IMG/VR virus record: IMGVR_UViG_3300028549_000507
Coordinates: 128,001 to 192,000 of that record
Length of the DNA stretch: 64,000 bases
From: a virus
Lineage: Duplodnaviria; Caudoviricetes
Reading direction: 5' to 3' (one strand)
Numbering within the stretch: position 1 is the stretch's first letter; every line of letters begins with the position of its first letter. Made by a program: the position numbers and the translations under genes. A model generated the notes under the pieces. That model saw only the letters and a list, made by a program, of their open reading frames with translations, searched no databases and had not been told where the DNA came from. Positions 17,863 through 27,616 of this stretch are shown piece by piece.

Positions 17863-20800
17863 ATGAGTCATAAAATATCACAAGAAGTTTACTTTGGAGA
17901 AAAACACCCATTTAGCCAAGGGATGTTGATCGCTGTAAGAGATCTAAGAAATGCGGTTGTATCTAGTATTGGTGCGGAATGGTCTGAAACTGATAAGCGT
18001 TCCAATATTAAAACTGCAAATGATATGTGTAATAATATTGATGGATTTGCCAAAGTTAAAGAATGTTTGTTAGCTATGGAATTGTTAATTGCAAAGCATT
18101 GTAATGTGGAGCGTGTATATGTAGGACTTTCGTCCGACTTTAATGCATATACATACCCTCCACTATATTATGATGATGCAATTCTCGATGAAGCATTCCC
18201 CAGATCTAAAATGGTAACGAAGAGTCCTGAGGAGTTGGATAAATTCTATAATGATATCGACTCTATTATTCTTGATAGAGCAAATGGGTATAGATTCAAG
18301 AGTAGTAAAAATAAAGTTATGATAATAAATATCGGACTAAATTTATTACTACCTACTCAATACTCAAAATTCAATTTCAGACAAGTGAATATGACTGATG
18401 AGGATGTTTGTTCTATAATATTCCATGAGATTGGACATAACTTCCAACACATCCTTGGCGGATGTAAGAGAATGATTGCCAATTATGATATGAGAATGGC
18501 CATAGCTCTTTCAGATGTGTTAGGTATGCTATTTTTTCCAGGTTGGTCATTTTTAACATATGCAATAATTAATATATTCCTTTCAGATACTATTGGAGTT
18601 ATCAAAGGTGGCGATAAGGGTGCCGCTAGAGATCATATTACAAAAATACTAAAAGCTCATCTAAATACAACTGTTAATGGTGAGAAAGTTAATCGCGATG
18701 TTTTGGGTAAAGCTATAACAAAGGATATTCTTGGAGTCATCCAAAGATATAACTCTGAACAGAAGCCGATACCTCAGTTTATAGGCGCGGTAGTTGGTCT
18801 ACTTATCAGAGGACTTATAATGTGGTGGACCACAACAATGATCATGGGTAAGAAGTTACTTATACCATTCATTGTAACTGATACTCTCGTTAATGGTATT
18901 ATTGCCGATTTGATTGGTACAAGTAAATATGTTGATAAATATAAGCAATACGAACAGTTCGCAGATGCATTTGCCCTTGCATACGGATTCCCTTTCCCTA
19001 AGAATTTCACAAAAGCAATACTTAATCTACGAGCTGGCGGTGATGTAACATCTGACTATCTTCCGATATTCAAGTGGGTACCGATTTTAGGCGATCTATC
19101 AATGGTTACAAGTGATGCGTATAATGAAAGAATGATAAATATCGGAGGATATGATACTGACATTGATAGATTCCAAAATAGTCACAGATTATTGTTGAAA
19201 GAATTGGAAAAGAATAATATCCCTAAAGAATTAAGAGATGAAATCTTAGTTAAAATTGAGAAGCTTGAAAAAGAAAATGATCAATTAATGAAAGATAATG
19301 AAAATTCAAAAGGATTGATCTTTACAAATTTCATCTATAAATTGATATCAAGAAACCACACTAATAATATCGACAAAGTTGGCGAACGAACAGATATCGA
19401 TAGATTATTTGATCAGGTTGAAGGGTATGCGAATACAAATGATATAAATTCTGCTATAAATACTAATGATGGTATAAAACAGTATACAACTATTAGTAAA
19501 CTTATAGCCGGATCATTCAATAAACTCGGTGACTTTATGAAAAAACTTCCAAAGTTTAAAGATCTCGAGTTTGTAAATAAGTTCGATTTACAACCGGTAG
19601 GGGGTACAAGTTTTGAAAATGAACTTACCAGCATGATGGGAATTGAATCTGATAATGCGTCATTTGGCGAAAGAATTGTTAAATCTTTGGAATCCGGCGA
19701 TAGTAATCCGTCATATTCCGAAGAAGCTTATTTCGGTTCAACCCACCCATTCAGTCAACAGATGATTAATCATGTTAAGAATCTTAGAGAAGAACTTCGT
19801 AAACTTCTTGGAGCTAGTTGGAAAGATGTAAATAAGAGAAATCTTATCATCCGTAAAACTCTAGAACCTAAGGATAATATTACAGATCTTCAAAAGATAC
19901 TTGAAAATATGGGTAAGTGTATTGCATTCCATTGTAATATCGAGAATGCTCATATAGGATTATTCCCTGAGTTGAATGCTTATACGATTCCTTTATCTTG
20001 GGATAGTTCTATACTATTTAAAGATATGAGTAAAGGAGTATATAAGAAAGCTGGTATGTATTATATCAATGAAAGAGAGTTAAGAACCAATTCTGATATA
20101 GAGTCGCAACTTATAAAACTTGATGATATCGTTCTTAATAAAGATGGTTGGAAGTTTAGAAATAAAGATGGTAAAGTATTCATAATTTCATTAGGAATAC
20201 CATTACTTCTTGACGATAACTTCGAAACAAGTGATGAAGATGTTTGTTCTGTAATATTTCACGAAATAGGACATAACTTCCAGCAGATTCTCCATGGAAC
20301 TAACCAAATGTTTATCGATTATTATATAAGAAGTTGTATACAATTCTTATATAGTGGACCATTCATAAGTATACTTATGTATTTTGATAATCTTATTGTT
20401 GGAGAAATTCTTAAGTCAGTAGTTGATGGGAGTGGTAAGAGTAGCAATATACGGTATGATATTATAAGAGAAATGCTTATGGGAAATATAACCGTAAATC
20501 GTGATGGAACTATTACTACCAGAGATGATATCGGTAATGAGATGAAGGATTATCTGTATAAGGTGATTAAGTATGCTCGTGAACATGGTGCATTTGAAAA
20601 GCTTCATGCTATATTTAAAGTTGGTAGATTCATATTTACTAATATAAGTAGAGTTATTGAAATTGGAATGGCACCTCTTACAGGTATTGCTAATACACTA
20701 TATAGAAATGGTTTCAATTCTAAATATGAAACTCTCATAAAAGATAATAAGAAGTATGAACAGTTTGCGGATATGTTTGCTGTTTCATATGGATTTGGTT

Positions 20801-21417
20801 CAAGTAGTGCTAAACTATATCTAAATACTAGTAAATTCATTGGAGAAGAGTATCCTAGCGTAGCTATTGAACCTCTTAATCATATTCCGATCTTATCAGT
20901 TATTGTTGCTGAAAATCGGTTGAGAAACTTGAAGATGATGTACAATGTAAACGGATATGATGAACACTATGTGAGAATTGCTCAAGCACATAGAGCATTA
21001 GAATATGAGCTAAAGAATAACAAAGGTATCACTTCTAAACAAAGAAGTGAAATCGAAGAGCATATGAAAATAATAAAATCCGACTACGATGAATATCGTA
21101 AACTCGAGATGGAAAACTTTAGAGGCAAAGGAAGTCTTTCTAAACGACTAATGGACAAATTCCGGTCAGGGGATATTACATCGGTTGCAGATGAAAGTGG
21201 GATTGTCGATCAAGTTTTGGAAGTAATCAAAAACTATGAGGAGAATGGTAACAAAGTTGTCGGACCTAAAATTGTAGAAGATTTTAAATCGGTGAACGGT
21301 TTATCTAAATTTAAGGAAAGAATGACATCAATGTTGTCTAAAAATATCTCAGAGTTGAATGATAAATTCAAAATAAAGTTACCATTCTCAAAGAATGAAT
21401 CGGATTTATTACTATAA
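17863..21417 (+). CDS. Tandem zincin-like metallopeptidase (two HEIGH domains), probable head protein
   Basis: IFHEIGHNFQ at 18424 and 20260; YEQFADxFA in each half; duplicated YFGxxHPFSQ N-termini. Confidence 0.8.
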   Translation: MSHKISQEVYFGEKHPFSQGMLIAVRDLRNAVVSSIGAEWSETDKRSNIKTANDMCNNIDGFAKVKECLLAMELLIAKHCNVERVYVGLSSDFNAYTYPPLYYDDAILDEAFPRSKMVTKSPEELDKFYNDIDSIILDRANGYRFKSSKNKVMIINIGLNLLLPTQYSKFNFRQVNMTDEDVCSIIFHEIGHNFQHILGGCKRMIANYDMRMAIALSDVLGMLFFPGWSFLTYAIINIFLSDTIGVIKGGDKGAARDHITKILKAHLNTTVNGEKVNRDVLGKAITKDILGVIQRYNSEQKPIPQFIGAVVGLLIRGLIMWWTTTMIMGKKLLIPFIVTDTLVNGIIADLIGTSKYVDKYKQYEQFADAFALAYGFPFPKNFTKAILNLRAGGDVTSDYLPIFKWVPILGDLSMVTSDAYNERMINIGGYDTDIDRFQNSHRLLLKELEKNNIPKELRDEILVKIEKLEKENDQLMKDNENSKGLIFTNFIYKLISRNHTNNIDKVGERTDIDRLFDQVEGYANTNDINSAINTNDGIKQYTTISKLIAGSFNKLGDFMKKLPKFKDLEFVNKFDLQPVGGTSFENELTSMMGIESDNASFGERIVKSLESGDSNPSYSEEAYFGSTHPFSQQMINHVKNLREELRKLLGASWKDVNKRNLIIRKTLEPKDNITDLQKILENMGKCIAFHCNIENAHIGLFPELNAYTIPLSWDSSILFKDMSKGVYKKAGMYYINERELRTNSDIESQLIKLDDIVLNKDGWKFRNKDGKVFIISLGIPLLLDDNFETSDEDVCSVIFHEIGHNFQQILHGTNQMFIDYYIRSCIQFLYSGPFISILMYFDNLIVGEILKSVVDGSGKSSNIRYDIIREMLMGNITVNRDGTITTRDDIGNEMKDYLYKVIKYAREHGAFEKLHAIFKVGRFIFTNISRVIEIGMAPLTGIANTLYRNGFNSKYETLIKDNKKYEQFADMFAVSYGFGSSSAKLYLNTSKFIGEEYPSVAIEPLNHIPILSVIVAENRLRNLKMMYNVNGYDEHYVRIAQAHRALEYELKNNKGITSKQRSEIEEHMKIIKSDYDEYRKLEMENFRGKGSLSKRLMDKFRSGDITSVADESGIVDQVLEVIKNYEENGNKVVGPKIVEDFKSVNGLSKFKERMTSMLSKNISELNDKFKIKLPFSKNESDLLL

Positions 21418-21432
21418 GATTTTATTATTTTA

Positions 21433-21460
21433 AATAAGAGGGGATTACTCCCCTCTTATT
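21433..21460. terminator. Bidirectional terminator between convergent genes
   Basis: AATAAGAGGGGA-TTAC-TCCCCTCTTATT; GTAA loop on the minus strand. Confidence 0.8.
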
Positions 21461-21463
21461 AAT

Positions 21464-23953
21464 TTATACTATTGGAGCTTCTTCAACAACTCTACCATAC
21501 AATATTACATCAGTATCTCGTTTACCAGAAGATCCTCTAGTACCTTGAAGAGGACTAGTTATCTTCTTAAAATTCTTAAAGTCTGCACATATAGGGTTAA
21601 CTATAATAGAATCAACCTTAAATGTACTAGAATTACTACCATTAGAAAATATCTTCATAGAAATATTTTTACCATAATCTTCATATACACCACTATTTAT
21701 AGCAGATCTATTGATAGAATGAGTTCCTTCTGTTTTAAATTCCGAAGGCCCATCTACATTATCAGTGTTGAAAGTTAAACCACTTCCACCCTTTAAAGTA
21801 AATGTATTATCCATTCTTGGTATATTTTTAAGAGTCATAGTTGTAATCCTATCACACATCATAACTGTATCACTGGCGCTGAATTTACCGGATATATCAT
21901 GGATATCAAGTATACCAGATGCTATATTATTATATCTAAAGATCGCTTGTGATATACTATGGATTGTTAAACTCTTACCAAATACAGTACCATTTATAAA
22001 CTCGGCTACAGTATTCTTCGATGTTTTAGAACTAATCTCCATAGAACCAGTATCAAATGAAGAATCTTCAAACATAAATTTAGAATCATCTAACATATCA
22101 CAAACGAATGACTCACTAACAACTTCAGTATCTTTCATTTTAACACTTGTACTACAGATAACCGTAAGACTATCGGAACACTTTATAGACGATTTAGCAG
22201 TACTAACTTCCCCTGCATCTAATATCAATTTCTTAGATGTAATTTTGGAATCAGCACTAATATCTATAATGTTTGGACGTTTTGCCATAGTTTTATATAA
22301 TGTATCTATATCAATAGTTGATCCAGATATATTAAAAGTTCCAAGATCCCCACCAGAATTGACCAATGTACCACATTTAATATTACAATCGGAAAGCTCA
22401 ACCTCAGCCAGATCATTGAGATCTAATATGTTGAGGAATGTACCATTTCCAGTATAATTAAACTTCTTAAAAGTTAGATCGCTGAATTTCGTAACCATTA
22501 CAAATTTAGGATTATCAGAAGTAACAGATCCTTCAGTTAAAGTAACTGTTTTACACAGGTCAATCTTTAAAGGTATTCCTTTAACACCTGCGGATGAACT
22601 AAATTTAGTAATATCAACTTCCTCAAATCCTGCAAGTGAGAATTTTGCTCCATCATCTTTACCATTATAGTTCAATGTCACATCACTAAGATCAATCTTT
22701 GATAGATTTTCTATAGCACTAGATATCATGACTTTGAAATCGGAATCAATATACATTCTATCAACTTTAAGATCTTCACCTTTAACATCTATAGATAGAG
22801 TTCCATTATCTATGCTAGATTTGAATCTAGTATTCTCAATGGAGAACTTACCCGTAACGGTTATCTTATTATTCGCAACTTTTACACTACAATCTTTAAA
22901 GAGTAACTCATCAAAATTAGATACAGGAGGAAGGTTTATCATCATGAATCTATTTTTTATATGTACTTTCTTAAATCGTTTTATAAATTTCTCAAATATT
23001 GGAAGAGATACTTCACAATCTAATATATCGATCTTATTGTCAGGTTTATCTATATGATTTTCAATTATAACTTTTTCAAATTTATAATCTTTTAATCTAA
23101 TATCCTTAGTAAGTATCTTTAAACCGGCTTCCATACACCCAACCATAGGTAAAATATACCGTATAAATGGAGTTTTCTCAGCGTATACTTCTGATAAGAA
23201 GTTTTTAGTATAATGATTATTAGGGAGTTCGTAATCATAATCTTTATCTAATACGACTTTATCATTAACAAAGTATCCATCGGAAAATGATAAGAAAGTT
23301 ATAACTCCACCAGTAGTAGGATCTGTATCCGGTATATTATACTCAATTCTAGTTATAGTTGGTGGAATTGTACTTGAATCAGTTGTAACCTGTTCAGTCT
23401 TTTTGCTAGTCTGAAATTCCATACGAGTATCCATATGGCTCTCTCGCAATTTATAATCTTTACTTATAGTAATTCTATCCAAAGCTACAGGTGTTGATTT
23501 ATATAATAATTTTGGATTACCAATTTTTCTAAAACTTTGTACCTTTTTAGCAATTAGAGTATAAGTTCTATCTTTCTTTCCTTCTTTATACAATGACATA
23601 GAAGGAACGCTCGGTATACTATCATCGACTCTACCACCGATTCCATCATTATATTCATCATTCGAATTATACGTTGTGGAGTTATCTACAGCAATATTAG
23701 TATATACTGAGTTTGGTGGTTTTGAATATATATCATCCGACGTTTTACCAAAGAATCGTCTACCACCAGGACCAGTCCCTATCTCCCTAGGAATCTCTTC
23801 AGTTTTAACTATAAGAGTCTTTGTTTCTTTTCTCTTATCAAAGTCGAGGATAGTACCTTCGGCATCTGCAAGATGGATGGCGAAGCATATAAATTTCTCT
23901 ACTTTAAATTGTTGAGAATCGAAGTTGTTAAGTTCAACTACTTCTTCTGCCAT
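21464..23953 (-). CDS. Hypothetical protein with probable C-terminal beta-helix/solenoid
   Basis: 829 aa; the C-terminal half has periodic short beta strands (S/D-x-x-I-x-x-x-x-L-x-I/V). Confidence 0.55.
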   Translation of the reverse strand: MAEEVVELNNFDSQQFKVEKFICFAIHLADAEGTILDFDKRKETKTLIVKTEEIPREIGTGPGGRRFFGKTSDDIYSKPPNSVYTNIAVDNSTTYNSNDEYNDGIGGRVDDSIPSVPSMSLYKEGKKDRTYTLIAKKVQSFRKIGNPKLLYKSTPVALDRITISKDYKLRESHMDTRMEFQTSKKTEQVTTDSSTIPPTITRIEYNIPDTDPTTGGVITFLSFSDGYFVNDKVVLDKDYDYELPNNHYTKNFLSEVYAEKTPFIRYILPMVGCMEAGLKILTKDIRLKDYKFEKVIIENHIDKPDNKIDILDCEVSLPIFEKFIKRFKKVHIKNRFMMINLPPVSNFDELLFKDCSVKVANNKITVTGKFSIENTRFKSSIDNGTLSIDVKGEDLKVDRMYIDSDFKVMISSAIENLSKIDLSDVTLNYNGKDDGAKFSLAGFEEVDITKFSSSAGVKGIPLKIDLCKTVTLTEGSVTSDNPKFVMVTKFSDLTFKKFNYTGNGTFLNILDLNDLAEVELSDCNIKCGTLVNSGGDLGTFNISGSTIDIDTLYKTMAKRPNIIDISADSKITSKKLILDAGEVSTAKSSIKCSDSLTVICSTSVKMKDTEVVSESFVCDMLDDSKFMFEDSSFDTGSMEISSKTSKNTVAEFINGTVFGKSLTIHSISQAIFRYNNIASGILDIHDISGKFSASDTVMMCDRITTMTLKNIPRMDNTFTLKGGSGLTFNTDNVDGPSEFKTEGTHSINRSAINSGVYEDYGKNISMKIFSNGSNSSTFKVDSIIVNPICADFKNFKKITSPLQGTRGSSGKRDTDVILYGRVVEEAPIV

Positions 23954-23954
23954 T

Positions 23955-24638
23955 TTAACCTACATAAGCTTTAATTTCTAACCCTCTGTTATCAATAGGA
24001 ACACCATTCTCAACACGATTGAATCGCATTTGTTCAGGTATTCTTTCAACATTGTACCCTTCGATTTTATTACCACTAGAATCTAATGCAACCATAGTTG
24101 AATTAGAATCATCATATCTATAGTTTACTCCACCAAAATCATATTTCATATTAGTTTCATTACTATTAACCTTCAAGTTCCCAGTAGTCATCTCAGACTT
24201 CAATCGATTTTTAAGTTCTTCCGAACCATCAGATACAATAGTACCTCTAACATCATTTGCTCTATTAACTTTTCTATCCTCAAAAGATTGTTTCTGAATA
24301 GTCTCTGTAAGTTGGCGCATAAGCATTGCAGTAGAGTTAACATCTTCATCACCCTTATCAATACGCTCTTTCTTAAGTTTCAATTCTTCAACTTTCATAC
24401 GAGCATTAAACGCATGACTTGTAGCCATAATCGCATCCCCACGGATACTACTCATAGATTTCGCAGCTTCAGAAATATCCCGCAATCCGCCTGATATAGT
24501 GATACTCTGTTTAGCTTTGGATATAACTACATCAACGATACTTTTTACATTATCATATAACTCTTGAGCCTGTCTATCGTGCTCTTTAAAGCGTCTAATA
24601 CCTTCTTCAAAATCGTCAAAAGCTTCTTCATTAGTCAT
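23955..24638 (-). CDS. Hypothetical helical protein
   Basis: 227 aa, AAGGAA RBS, downstream of a late-type promoter. Confidence 0.65.
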   Translation of the reverse strand: MTNEEAFDDFEEGIRRFKEHDRQAQELYDNVKSIVDVVISKAKQSITISGGLRDISEAAKSMSSIRGDAIMATSHAFNARMKVEELKLKKERIDKGDEDVNSTAMLMRQLTETIQKQSFEDRKVNRANDVRGTIVSDGSEELKNRLKSEMTTGNLKVNSNETNMKYDFGGVNYRYDDSNSTMVALDSSGNKIEGYNVERIPEQMRFNRVENGVPIDNRGLEIKAYVG

Positions 24639-24667
24639 ATTTATTTCCTTATTGATTGTTTATATAC

Positions 24668-24679
24668 CAATGAAATGTT
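24668..24679 (-). promoter_or_regulatory. Late-type promoter AACA-N6-TR
   Basis: Minus strand AACA TTTCAT TG. Confidence 0.55.
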
Positions 24680-24697
24680 TCCATCAAACTTAAATAT

Positions 24698-24726
24698 AAA
24701 AAAAAAAGAGGGATTGCTCCCTCTTT
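24698..24726 (-). terminator. Intrinsic terminator with GNRA loop
   Basis: Minus strand AAAGAGGGA-GCAA-TCCCTCTTTTTTTTT. Confidence 0.85.
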
Positions 24727-26244
24727 CTAATCATCTAACGATATGATCTTATTGAAACCAAGTGTATCTGGATCAATGTCACAGTTCGGTAGAATATTAA
24801 GAGTTACGCCAGGGCTATTTACGGAAGTACTGATTAGATCAGTTCTACCTGTCATAGAGTGGTGTAATCTTTTAAATTCTCTTGGAAGGAAACTCGATTT
24901 CCCACTACCTGGAGCTCCGGGTCCAATCTGAGTAGTCTTGGTTATAGCATGCATTAGACTCAAGTCATTCACATTACTTGTAAACTTACCAATATTTAAT
25001 CCAGATGTTTTACCATTGATGGCATCCAATATAATGGAAGGACTAGGTCTAAACACATTCTCTAAAGCTTTGATATCTTTGTAACTACCACGAATCTTAG
25101 TAAAACGATTAGCTTTATTTTTCAATTCACTCTTGAGAGGTTCGATAATATACTCGGATAATCTAAGTCGTTTGTTTACAAGAGATACATCTTTGGATAC
25201 GTTAGTTGAATAATTGAAAAACATCCAACGAACTACGTCATATGTACTATTGATATTTTCTTTACCAATAAACGATTTAATAATGTCACTAGTTCTAGGA
25301 TCTAGCGCACTCATAAATGTAAAACGTATGCCAGCACCTTTAGTTAAACAATTAGTTTTATCCAACATAAATCCGAGATTATAAATCCAAAAGTTTACGT
25401 CAGAAATATTTGTTTCATTAATAGTACGTTTATCCATAAGGAGTATTGTAGCAACAAGATCTCGAGTATGAACACTATTTTCAAAAATATATTTTCTAAC
25501 AAGGATATACAGAGATCCAAATTTGAAGAATAGATAATCATTGTATATAACATCATCCGGTTCCGGTAATTCTGTAATCACTCTGAGATATAATCCGAAG
25601 TATTTCATTGTGGTATGAAATCCAAAGGTTGCAAAATAGAATAATAGGAATGGTACATTCTTTAATTTAGAGTGAAGTTTTATAACGAATGAATTCACAT
25701 TATAAACAACTCCCTTTACATCGCGAATAGTACTCTTGTATCGTTGCATTTGAATAGGCTGGGTTGCAGTTCTGAGGATAACCTCATCATACTTACCCTT
25801 CGGATCAGTTCTATTAAATGTAACAGCGTCAACCATTTGGAATGGCACACAATATTTATTACCCTTAATAAGATAATTTACACCGTCATCGGAAATCAAT
25901 GGAATGTATATAAGCATATCTACTTTACTTATAGATCCATCATAACTTAGTTTAAATTTAAACTTATAAGCTCTAGAATAAGTTTCTTCAGTGGAATAAA
26001 TTTGACCATTGAATGATTTCTTAAATTTAGATTTAGCCTTATTCATTTCTCTAATTTGATTGAGATTATCGCTTGGTTCAAAGCCATCATATACGACATG
26101 ATCTCTAAGTTTCTTAGCAATTTCCTTACACAAATCGTCAACAAATTCGACCATATTGATATCCATATTTCGTCTAGCATTAACTAGATTCATATTAACC
26201 AACCGTTCTATGGTGTCGGAATAATATGCAACAAAATCGACCAT
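24727..26244 (-). CDS. rpoB: Phage RNA polymerase beta subunit, N-terminal part (size fits the non-virion enzyme)
   Basis: IPLISDDG..YLIKGNKY and GPGAPG...REFKRLHHSMTGRTDLISTS motifs match beta conserved regions; 505 aa. Confidence 0.85.
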   Translation of the reverse strand: MVDFVAYYSDTIERLVNMNLVNARRNMDINMVEFVDDLCKEIAKKLRDHVVYDGFEPSDNLNQIREMNKAKSKFKKSFNGQIYSTEETYSRAYKFKFKLSYDGSISKVDMLIYIPLISDDGVNYLIKGNKYCVPFQMVDAVTFNRTDPKGKYDEVILRTATQPIQMQRYKSTIRDVKGVVYNVNSFVIKLHSKLKNVPFLLFYFATFGFHTTMKYFGLYLRVITELPEPDDVIYNDYLFFKFGSLYILVRKYIFENSVHTRDLVATILLMDKRTINETNISDVNFWIYNLGFMLDKTNCLTKGAGIRFTFMSALDPRTSDIIKSFIGKENINSTYDVVRWMFFNYSTNVSKDVSLVNKRLRLSEYIIEPLKSELKNKANRFTKIRGSYKDIKALENVFRPSPSIILDAINGKTSGLNIGKFTSNVNDLSLMHAITKTTQIGPGAPGSGKSSFLPREFKRLHHSMTGRTDLISTSVNSPGVTLNILPNCDIDPDTLGFNKIISLDD

Positions 26245-26283
26245 CTGAAACTCCCTTATTTACAGACATTACTACTCTTGCTA

Positions 26284-26299
26284 TTATATATATTTGAAA
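26284..26299 (-). promoter_or_regulatory. Putative early-type promoter
   Basis: Minus strand TTTCAAATATATATAA. Confidence 0.6.
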
Positions 26300-26317
26300 A
26301 ATAAATTTGAAAATATA

Positions 26318-26329
26318 CATTAACTTGTT
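26318..26329 (-). promoter_or_regulatory. Late-type promoter AACA-N6-TR
   Basis: Minus strand AACA AGTTAA TG upstream of the early-type site. Confidence 0.5.
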
Positions 26330-26343
26330 TCATGTTAAATAAA

Positions 26344-26376
26344 ATATAATGGTAGGAATTACTCCTACCATTATAT
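26344..26376 (-). terminator. Intrinsic terminator
   Basis: ATATAATGGTAGGA/TCCTACCATTATAT inverted repeat. Confidence 0.75.
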
Positions 26377-26384
26377 AAATATAA

Positions 26385-27605
26385 TTAACCACCGGCAGTA
26401 ATATCACTTATCAATTTACTCTTAAGTTGAGCATAAGTTATAGCTCCTCTATCATTTCCATTCTTACAATAAATTATAGTATTATCATTTATAGTTAAAG
26501 AATTTCCATTTCCAAGAATTTTATCTCTAACGGTAATAAATGATACATTTTTAATATCTGTAGCATTTGAACCTTCTCCACTACCGGTTGAGTAGAACAA
26601 TATGCTATCGCCATCATTAATATTGTTTTCCGAATTAGAAGAATTTATAGAGTATTTCTCATCGACCTTCTCCATAATATTTGCAGAAATCAATGACATA
26701 GTCACAGTTCCTTCTTCACAATAGAAATTAGCAGAATCAAGTTCTATGGCCTGCAATACTGTTGTATTCAATATTGATGATTTAAGATCTGGTCCATGGA
26801 TAGCACCGTATTTTCCAGGAAGAGCACTAGATTTAAATAGGATAAAATCATCTGCGGGATTAAATTTATCAACACCGAGAGTAAACTCTGGAATGGTAAT
26901 GCTCTCCAATACGAAATCGGCAATATCACCAATAGTAGCCCAACCATCTCCAAGACTATCCTTAGAATATATTGAAAGACTATCAGTAACTCTATTAGAT
27001 TCTATACCAATATTTGATACAATACTCTCAGACAGTTTTGCAAAAGAAACCTTACCAGCAGAAGAGTTTCCTCTAGTAATAGTAATATTATCTATCAGTT
27101 CCAGCTCTTCATATACTTGATTTCCAAACAGCGAACTTCTAAATACACTATAATCGATCTTAGAATTTTCACCCGCAACAATGAGTCTAACAGAAGTTTC
27201 ATCAAGATTATCAAGAGATAATACTTCAGCATCACCTTTGATTATAAACTTAGATATATTTTCTAAGGTTACAAATCCTCTAGCAGTACCTTTAATAGCT
27301 CTGATTTTTATCTCTTTAACAACGTCCGTAAAGTCAGTCTTTCCAAGCAAATATTCATCAATTGCTGCAACGGTAAATTGTTTGTTAAAACTAGCGTTAG
27401 AATTTCTCATAGAAAATACGAGATCAGGTTTTATTTCCTGAGTAGTACCCATATCTGTTCCGAGAATTTTATTCATTAAAGTGCCAAATTTTAAACGTCT
27501 ATCACCATTTAAACCGCCAGCAATAGGTTCTATAGCATAAAATAATACATCAGAATTCAACTTATCAAGTTGCATTTCTGTAAAATTTACAACATCATTA
27601 CTCAT
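26385..27605 (-). CDS. Tail-fibre-shaft-like repeat protein
   Basis: 406 aa built from ~35-aa units (D-x-x-F/L...K-x-T/S-F-x-x-L) resembling the N-terminus of 46468..50112. Confidence 0.55.
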   Translation of the reverse strand: MSNDVVNFTEMQLDKLNSDVLFYAIEPIAGGLNGDRRLKFGTLMNKILGTDMGTTQEIKPDLVFSMRNSNASFNKQFTVAAIDEYLLGKTDFTDVVKEIKIRAIKGTARGFVTLENISKFIIKGDAEVLSLDNLDETSVRLIVAGENSKIDYSVFRSSLFGNQVYEELELIDNITITRGNSSAGKVSFAKLSESIVSNIGIESNRVTDSLSIYSKDSLGDGWATIGDIADFVLESITIPEFTLGVDKFNPADDFILFKSSALPGKYGAIHGPDLKSSILNTTVLQAIELDSANFYCEEGTVTMSLISANIMEKVDEKYSINSSNSENNINDGDSILFYSTGSGEGSNATDIKNVSFITVRDKILGNGNSLTINDNTIIYCKNGNDRGAITYAQLKSKLISDITAGG

Positions 27606-27616
27606 ATCATTTCTCC

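Noticed and set aside
8565-26244. Introns or inteins in the RNAP subunit genes (as in AR9/phiKZ)
   Set aside because: Conserved motifs are contiguous in single ORFs of expected size; no intein or HNH insert is visible.
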